Below the pieces are notes generated by a model. That model was given only the letters and a program-made list of their open reading frames with translations, was not told where the DNA came from and searched no databases. Positions 58,201 to 64,000 of a DNA stretch of 64,000 nt are shown here, in pieces; the first letter of the stretch is position 1, and each line of letters opens with the position of its first letter. The position numbers were made by a program, and so were the translations under genes. Where the stretch lies: the NCBI GenBank assembly GCA_032718475.1, contig JAUCBJ010004884.1, positions 24,012-88,011 on the forward strand, given 5' to 3'. This DNA is from Nemertoderma westbladi. Its lineage: Eukaryota > Animalia > Xenacoelomorpha.

Positions 58201-59035
58201 GAATTATTTAAAGTGCCATAGGCAACCGGTACAATAGCTAGATCACTACATCAGCACTGGACCTCATACACTGACTACTTGCCGAATTGCTGAATTGTAG
58301 GATCGTAGATTGCTAGATTGAACTTAAAACTTCTATAATAATAGATATTCACATTGGAGCCTTCACATTGGATTCAGTAACTCCAATGTCTCTCTATCAA
58401 TGTCATAGCTCTATCGACCACAGTACGATTAACAGTACGAGGTAGTGTGCCATTAACAGTACATCCTTGTCGAACCCCACTTGTCCCGATTGTGAAAATC
58501 GTTCTACAAGACAGAGTGGTCATAAATTAAGAGCTGGGATAACCATCACCTCCAGTACTGGTAACCGTAGGTCCTAGACGAATATGATACACTCAGTACA
58601 TCCTTGGAAAATAAAAGGACTAACACAAATTTAAGAACTGCTGAATTTATTGAACCACCCCCAGGAGACTTCATCACTCAACTCAGTTGGCTACTAATGC
58701 AGTCCAGTACTGCTGTAGTGATGAAGGGCCTAGCTAATTTTCCCAGTTGCAAGTGATGGCACTTTTTATAATTAATTTTTAATAAAATAGCATTTTGAAA
58801 TGTATTTTTTGCTGGTATATGTTGTTTAAAATCGTCCCTGATTAATATTTTCACTGTGTTCCACATGTGTTACCTATGACTAAAGGCATTTTTGCTATGT
58901 GTCACGACTGTGTTACTCGAAATTCCTTCATGTTCCTATTTTATAACTATCCCATTCTTTTTGTATGTCTCAGCATTCAGTATTTAGTTACATTTACATA
59001 AGATATCTAAAAAATAGTACTATTGTTATTTGCAG

Positions 59036-59769
59036 GAAGAGAATTAAAAGCTGGAAAGTTAACTCCGGTCTGAGATCCGTTGCTTATATTGCCAGAATGG
59101 TTAATGTTACTGGAGATAGTGTCGAGAAATGCATGCATGGTGTTGTCTTGCCTCTGATCTTCAACGAATCAGAATGGAACCATGTTATCCGTACGATCCT
59201 ATACTTTATTGGTTTGGCCTGGGTTGTCCTCGGCATAGCCATTATATCCGATAGATTCATGGTTGCCATAGAGAGGATCACGGCAGAGACTAAAAATCTA
59301 ACCGTAGCGGATAATGATTCTCCTGGGGGAACACGTGACATTGAGATTCGCATATGGAATTTGTCTGTTGCGAATCTAACTCTCATGGCATTAGGCAGCA
59401 GTGCTCCTGAGATTATGCTTTCTATTATAGAAGTGGTGGGCAATGGATTACAGTCTGGTGAACTTGGACCCAGTGCAATTGTAGGGAGCGCATCATACAA
59501 CCTTCTTATGATAACCGCAATCTGCGTAGTTGTTGTTCCTAAGGGTGAGACTCGACGCATTAAGGAAATTGAGGTTTTTGGGTTGACGTCGTTTTTCTGT
59601 TTGTTCACGTATGTTTGGCTGTTTGTTATTCTTGTGCCATCTTCTCCTGGGGTAGTTGAGATCTGGGAGGCTCTCAGTACATTGTTTTTGTTTCCCATAA
59701 TGGTCGTCTTGGCGTGGATTATAGATGCTGGCTACTTTCCTGGTATGAGGAAGGGAGTCCCTGAGACAG
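59036..59769 (+). CDS. Na+/Ca2+ exchanger (SLC8/NCX-like), large N-terminal exon (TM1-5, alpha-1 repeat); probable ATG at 59097
   Basis: DRFMVAIERITA, WNLSVANLTLMALGSSAPEIMLSIIE, GELGPSAIVGSASYNL, SPGVVEIWEA; acceptor TTGCAG at 59035; donor CAG|GTAGGG at 59770. Confidence 0.92.
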
Positions 59770-59927
59770 GTAGGGAAATTGGCTGGCCACTCCAGTGTCT
59801 GTGTATATAATTTAGGCAATGTATGTATATCTGCTCATGCTCTATGCAATATTGTGTTGTCCAAATTGATAACGTATTGGTCAGGCTAATACTTAATAAT
59901 TAAAAATTATTAATAATTAATTAAGAT

Positions 59928-61000
59928 TAAGGGGACCATTACCACAAATCTATTTTTTTTATTTATAAAGCTACTATTCTGAAACTGAACACAAAGATCT
60001 GTGATCTTTTACTAAGAAAGCTGAGTATGAATAGCTTCCTAAACCTGTTTCTTCGAAAAATATGCCACTTTTTGTGCAGGTCGGTTTTTTCAAAAATTGT
60101 ATAAATTGAGACGCATTTATATGTATATATATGATTATATTGCATTCCCAAAAATTAAGCGCTAAGCTGTTTTTCGTGCATTTGTGAAGTTGGCGTGGCA
60201 TTTCAAATTTTGAAAATTATGAGATCCGGAAAATACCATCATGCTTTGATTTCAGCATATTTTTATTGATTTTCTGGGTCGCTGATTCGAATGGCATTAC
60301 TCTAAAAAAATGTCTACGTAGTGGAAGCTCATTTTTTGTGCAGCAAATTTAGGGTGTGGCACCTCAAATTTTAAAATATTACGAAATACATATATAATCT
60401 CTGGTGTTTGTACCATTAGGTGTTTCGGTTTTTAGAGTATTCTCATTAGAATCAGTGACCCAGGTAACCTATAAAACTGCGTTGAAATCAAACTTGGGCG
60501 TATTTTCAGAATCTTGAATATTTCAAAATTTGAAGTGACACGCCCTAGTTTTGGTGCGCAACAAAAATGAGGTACCACAAGGTGTTACGGTATTTAGAAT
60601 AATCTTATTCGAATTAACGATCCAGAAAACATTCGTTGAAATCATTCGTTGAAATCAAAACTTGGGCGTATTTTCTGAATCTTGATTTGTGCCACGCCCT
60701 AATTTTGTCGCACCAAAAATGAAGTACCACTAAGCTTACATACTTGGATTGAGCAGTAGAGTACCCCATATCAATCTGAATCAATAAAAAAACACAAAAC
60801 ATGTCAACAACCTATAAAAATTTAAAAAAATAAAATTTCAAAAAAATTTGTGCTCGGCACCAAATTTTGAGGTGACACCCACATCGAAAAATAGAAATCC
60901 AACAGCGATGCTGTTTTTTTGCAAAATATGCGCCAATAAATTTTGCTAATTCTCAAAAATAATTAAGCAGAAACATAATTGTACGATTTACAGCATTGGG
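59928..61000. mobile_element. Intronic non-autonomous DNA element, Kolobok-like (TTAA|GGGGACC start); truncated relative at ~49127
   Basis: TTAAGGGGACCAT...TCTATTTTTTT at both loci; internal repeats; right end not resolved. Confidence 0.4.
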
Positions 61001-61227
61001 GGGGGGGGGGGGGGGGGTGGGGGCGGGGGGGTCGATCAATGTCCTCTCAGACATATACCTACTGATCTCACAAGTCTAAACCAATTCCAGCAACGCAGCC
61101 AGTGTGATACAGCAGCATAAGTGGAGTTATTTTATTAAATATATTTTTTTAATCATTTTCGTATTTTGTTGAATGAGCTTATGCAAAACTTCCAAGTTCA
61201 CAATATTTAATTATTTCACACATTTAG

Positions 61228-61354
61228 TTACGACAGAAAGATCTCATATTCCATTAGAAGCTTCAAAATCAAAGGTCTCTGAAAAAGACGTTCGAGATTT
61301 CATGAAGCAGCGAGAGAAGGAGGGGAAATTTTTTACTGCTAATCAAACTGCTTT
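61228..61354 (+). CDS. Next NCX exon (start of the cytoplasmic loop)
   Basis: TTTAG|...|GTAAGT boundaries; phase matches the previous exon (G+TT = Val); reads VTTERSH...DVRDFMKQREKEG..TAL. Confidence 0.7.
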
Positions 61355-61529
61355 GTAAGTTGAAATAACATTGTTTATAAATAATTTATTTTAATTATAA
61401 GTTGAAATAACATTGCCATTGTGTATAAATAATATATTTATATTATTACTATTTCCCAAATATTTGCACATATTATTACTATAGCCATTATTAGATTCAA
61501 TTTGGTAGTGTTGTATTTAAGGGGATCGG

Positions 61530-64000
61530 ACAGTGGAAATGATATCCTTCCAGGCTTCCCGATTATCCATAGTTGTCGCAATTTCGTTCAGTATCCCTTT
61601 CAAGTTGATCTATATATGTTATGGCTGGTCGTCCACGACTACGCTTTCCATGAGTTGGTTGCCAGAAAAGTAGATCTGGTATGACCTCGTCTTTACTTCG
61701 CCAGCAGTGCCCACCGAATCTTAATCTGCGTTCATGGAGGGTGGTTGATACAGGTGGTATTGTACCATAAAGCTCGGCGTTTGTCATGTGTTGTCTCCAG
61801 CAGATGTTTAGGGCTGCCCTTAGTAGTCTTGTGTAGCAACCATCAATTCGTTGTTCAAGTGATTTAGTCAGTGTCCAGGTCTCACCCCCGTATAAAAATA
61901 CACTTTCCACTGTGGCTCGAAAGAACTTAGTCTTCAGGTGCCTGGAGAGATCTGATTTCCAGATGGTATCCATTTTTGATAGAGCTACCCAAGCCTTTGC
62001 TTTCCTAACTTCTATGTCCTTTTTGCTACTCTCTATCCATGATCCTAGGTACTGGAAGTTGTCAACCTTCCTTAGTTGATTATTATCAATGGTTGTCAAG
62101 TTTCCATCAATATTAAAAGTCATGAATTCGGTCTTGGTAGCATTTATATGCAATCCAACCTCCTTAGCAGCCCTCTCCACTTTATTTAGTAGAAGCTGTG
62201 CATCTGCTAGTGTATTAGAGAGTAGAGTGATGTCATCCGCAAAGTCGGTGTCTGCGACTGTAGTTGCTGGATATCTACTACTTCTGTGTTCTTGAAGTGT
62301 GAATCCCAGATCTTCACCATTTGTGTCCGTCCTCATTGCGTAATCCAGTACAATTACAAATAGTAATGGTGCTAATATGTCACTTTGCAGTTCGCCAGCC
62401 AGGATTTAGAAAAACTCAGTTTCACCATCTGGTGAGAGTACCTGTGCTCCTGTGTCACAATATAACAATCCAATGCCAGCCAGCAATGACTACTTCTGGT
62501 ATTCCATAAGCTCTTAGGATTTCAAGCATTTTACCCCTATGGATGGAGTCTAATGCCTTCTTGAAGTCCACAAAAGTCATGACTGCGGGGAGATTCTTTG
62601 ACTTAATTCCTTCAATCAGTCTCCGTAGTGCAAGTATCTGGGCTATTGTTGATCTACTTGGTCGAAATCCGTCTTGGCTCTTACGCAGTAGTTTCTCTAT
62701 GTGAGGCCTAATCCTATATAGAATCATTATATTGTATATTTTGGCAGCTACCACAAGCAGACAGACCCCACGAAGGTTTGTTGGTATACCGAGGTCTCCT
62801 TTCTTGGGGAGAGGCTTTAGTTGACCTTTAGTCCAAATTGGTGGTGACTTTTCCCCTTTTAACATCCGGTTGCAAACATTCAATAATGGTCTGTTTAGCA
62901 CTCATGTTTTCCATACCTCCGCTGGGATTTCATCTAATCCACTCGCTTTATGGACATGCTTTTAATGCTTCTTTGGAGTTCGGCAGGTGTGAAGTCCCCT
63001 GTCTCTATAGGTAGTGTCTTTTCATATATTTTCCTTGTAGGGCTGACCTCGATGTTTGGTGGCTGCCCAAGCAAGTTGCTGAAGTGATTTTTCCACTTCC
63101 CAACTCGTTCTTCGGGACTATCGGCTTTGAGGTGCCCCTTTGCATAGCTTTTCCGACCAGATACCTCATTTACAGTTTGCCAGGTAAGTCTTGATTGTTG
63201 CTGTATGTGAGCAGTTGTAATTGCTTCAATTTTATCCTGTATGTACTTTTCCTAGCTTATGTTGTAGGCCAATTTAAGATAGTCTGTAGATTTCTCAATC
63301 TTGTTAATGTTTTCGGTTATTGGTTGTTCGGTTTTTACTTTGTAGGCTATCTTAAGATCTTCTCTCTTACAAGTAACCTCAGAGTTTTGCCATGGCACAT
63401 ACTGTTTTCGTTTGGTTATCTGGGGGATATGCCTCTTAGGTGATTCCTTGTGGGCTTTTATTATATTCTGGTATTTTGAATCGGTGGACTGGTCTTCATC
63501 CATTGACTGAAGTGCTTCAAAGCGGTTTTGAACTTCTACTGTGTAAACATCCTTTACTGCATTGTCAGTTCTGAGTTTCTTCCAGTCATAGTTGATTTGC
63601 TTGCTTGTCCTGGGTTTGCTGGCTCTCAAACTGAGTCTGATCTCTGCAGTCACAATTCTGTGGACCGAACCAATTAGGTTGAACGAGCTGTATGTCACGC
63701 AGTTGATCGTGCTGTTTCTCCACTTTTTGTTTATAAGAATGTAATCCAGTTGTGCTTTGGTTCCATTAGGGTATTGAAAGGTCCACAGCTTCCCCTTACT
63801 CTTTTCGAATGTGGTGTTTGTTGGTATCAATTCAAATTCTTCCATTAGGTCTAAAAGTAAGTACCAATTTCTATTAGAACTGGTGTTATAGGTGTAACCC
63901 TTGATGTCTTCTGGGCCAATTTGAGCATTCAAGTCACCAGCAATGACTTTATAATTGTGTTTCGGAATGTCATTTATAAGTCTAGTCAGATCTTCATAAA
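61530..64000 (-). mobile_element. RTE-clade LINE of a second family (APE-RT, frameshifted), in an NCX intron
   Basis: AGDLNA, QLDYILI, PKKGD..RGVCL, FVDFKKA, DFADDI, YLGS, FLYGGETW. Confidence 0.9.

Noticed and set aside
59084-59698. 204-aa minus-strand ORF, and similar antisense ORFs over RT/gag genes
   Set aside because: Shadow frames of well-supported genes on the opposite strand

Overview
AT-rich eukaryotic, probably invertebrate, genomic DNA made up almost entirely of transposable elements. Host gene content is limited to two exons of a Na+/Ca2+ exchanger (SLC8/NCX-like, about 59-61 kb) and one orphan trypsin-like exon. The centre of the window is a nest. A 44-bp tandem array is interrupted by a BEL/Pao LTR retrotransposon (element A, 12830-36536; tRNA-Lys-type PBS, RT/RNaseH/INT present). 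A is in turn interrupted by a 16.6-kb BEL-derived element (element B, 15238-31815). B has 1.9-kb TA...TA LTRs, an uninterrupted 2265-aa Gag-PR-INT ORF with no RT/RNaseH, and a second ORF with a DEDD 3'-5' exonuclease-like domain plus three CCHC knuckles. It also has a tRNA-like Pol III head in each LTR, ten dispersed copies of a 20-nt hairpin motif, and no tRNA PBS; the PBS position is instead complementary to an 11-nt segment of its own LTR. A third, gag-only element (C, 38393-46167, minus strand) shows the same self-complementary PBS arrangement and carries about 40 short hairpins in 2 kb. A decayed homolog of the exonuclease ORF lies at 1-1400. The rest is RTE and CR1-like LINEs, a tRNA-derived SINE, piggyBac-, P- and Kolobok-like non-autonomous DNA elements, a Gypsy integrase relic and minisatellites. 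All domain calls are by-eye motif recognition, not database searches.
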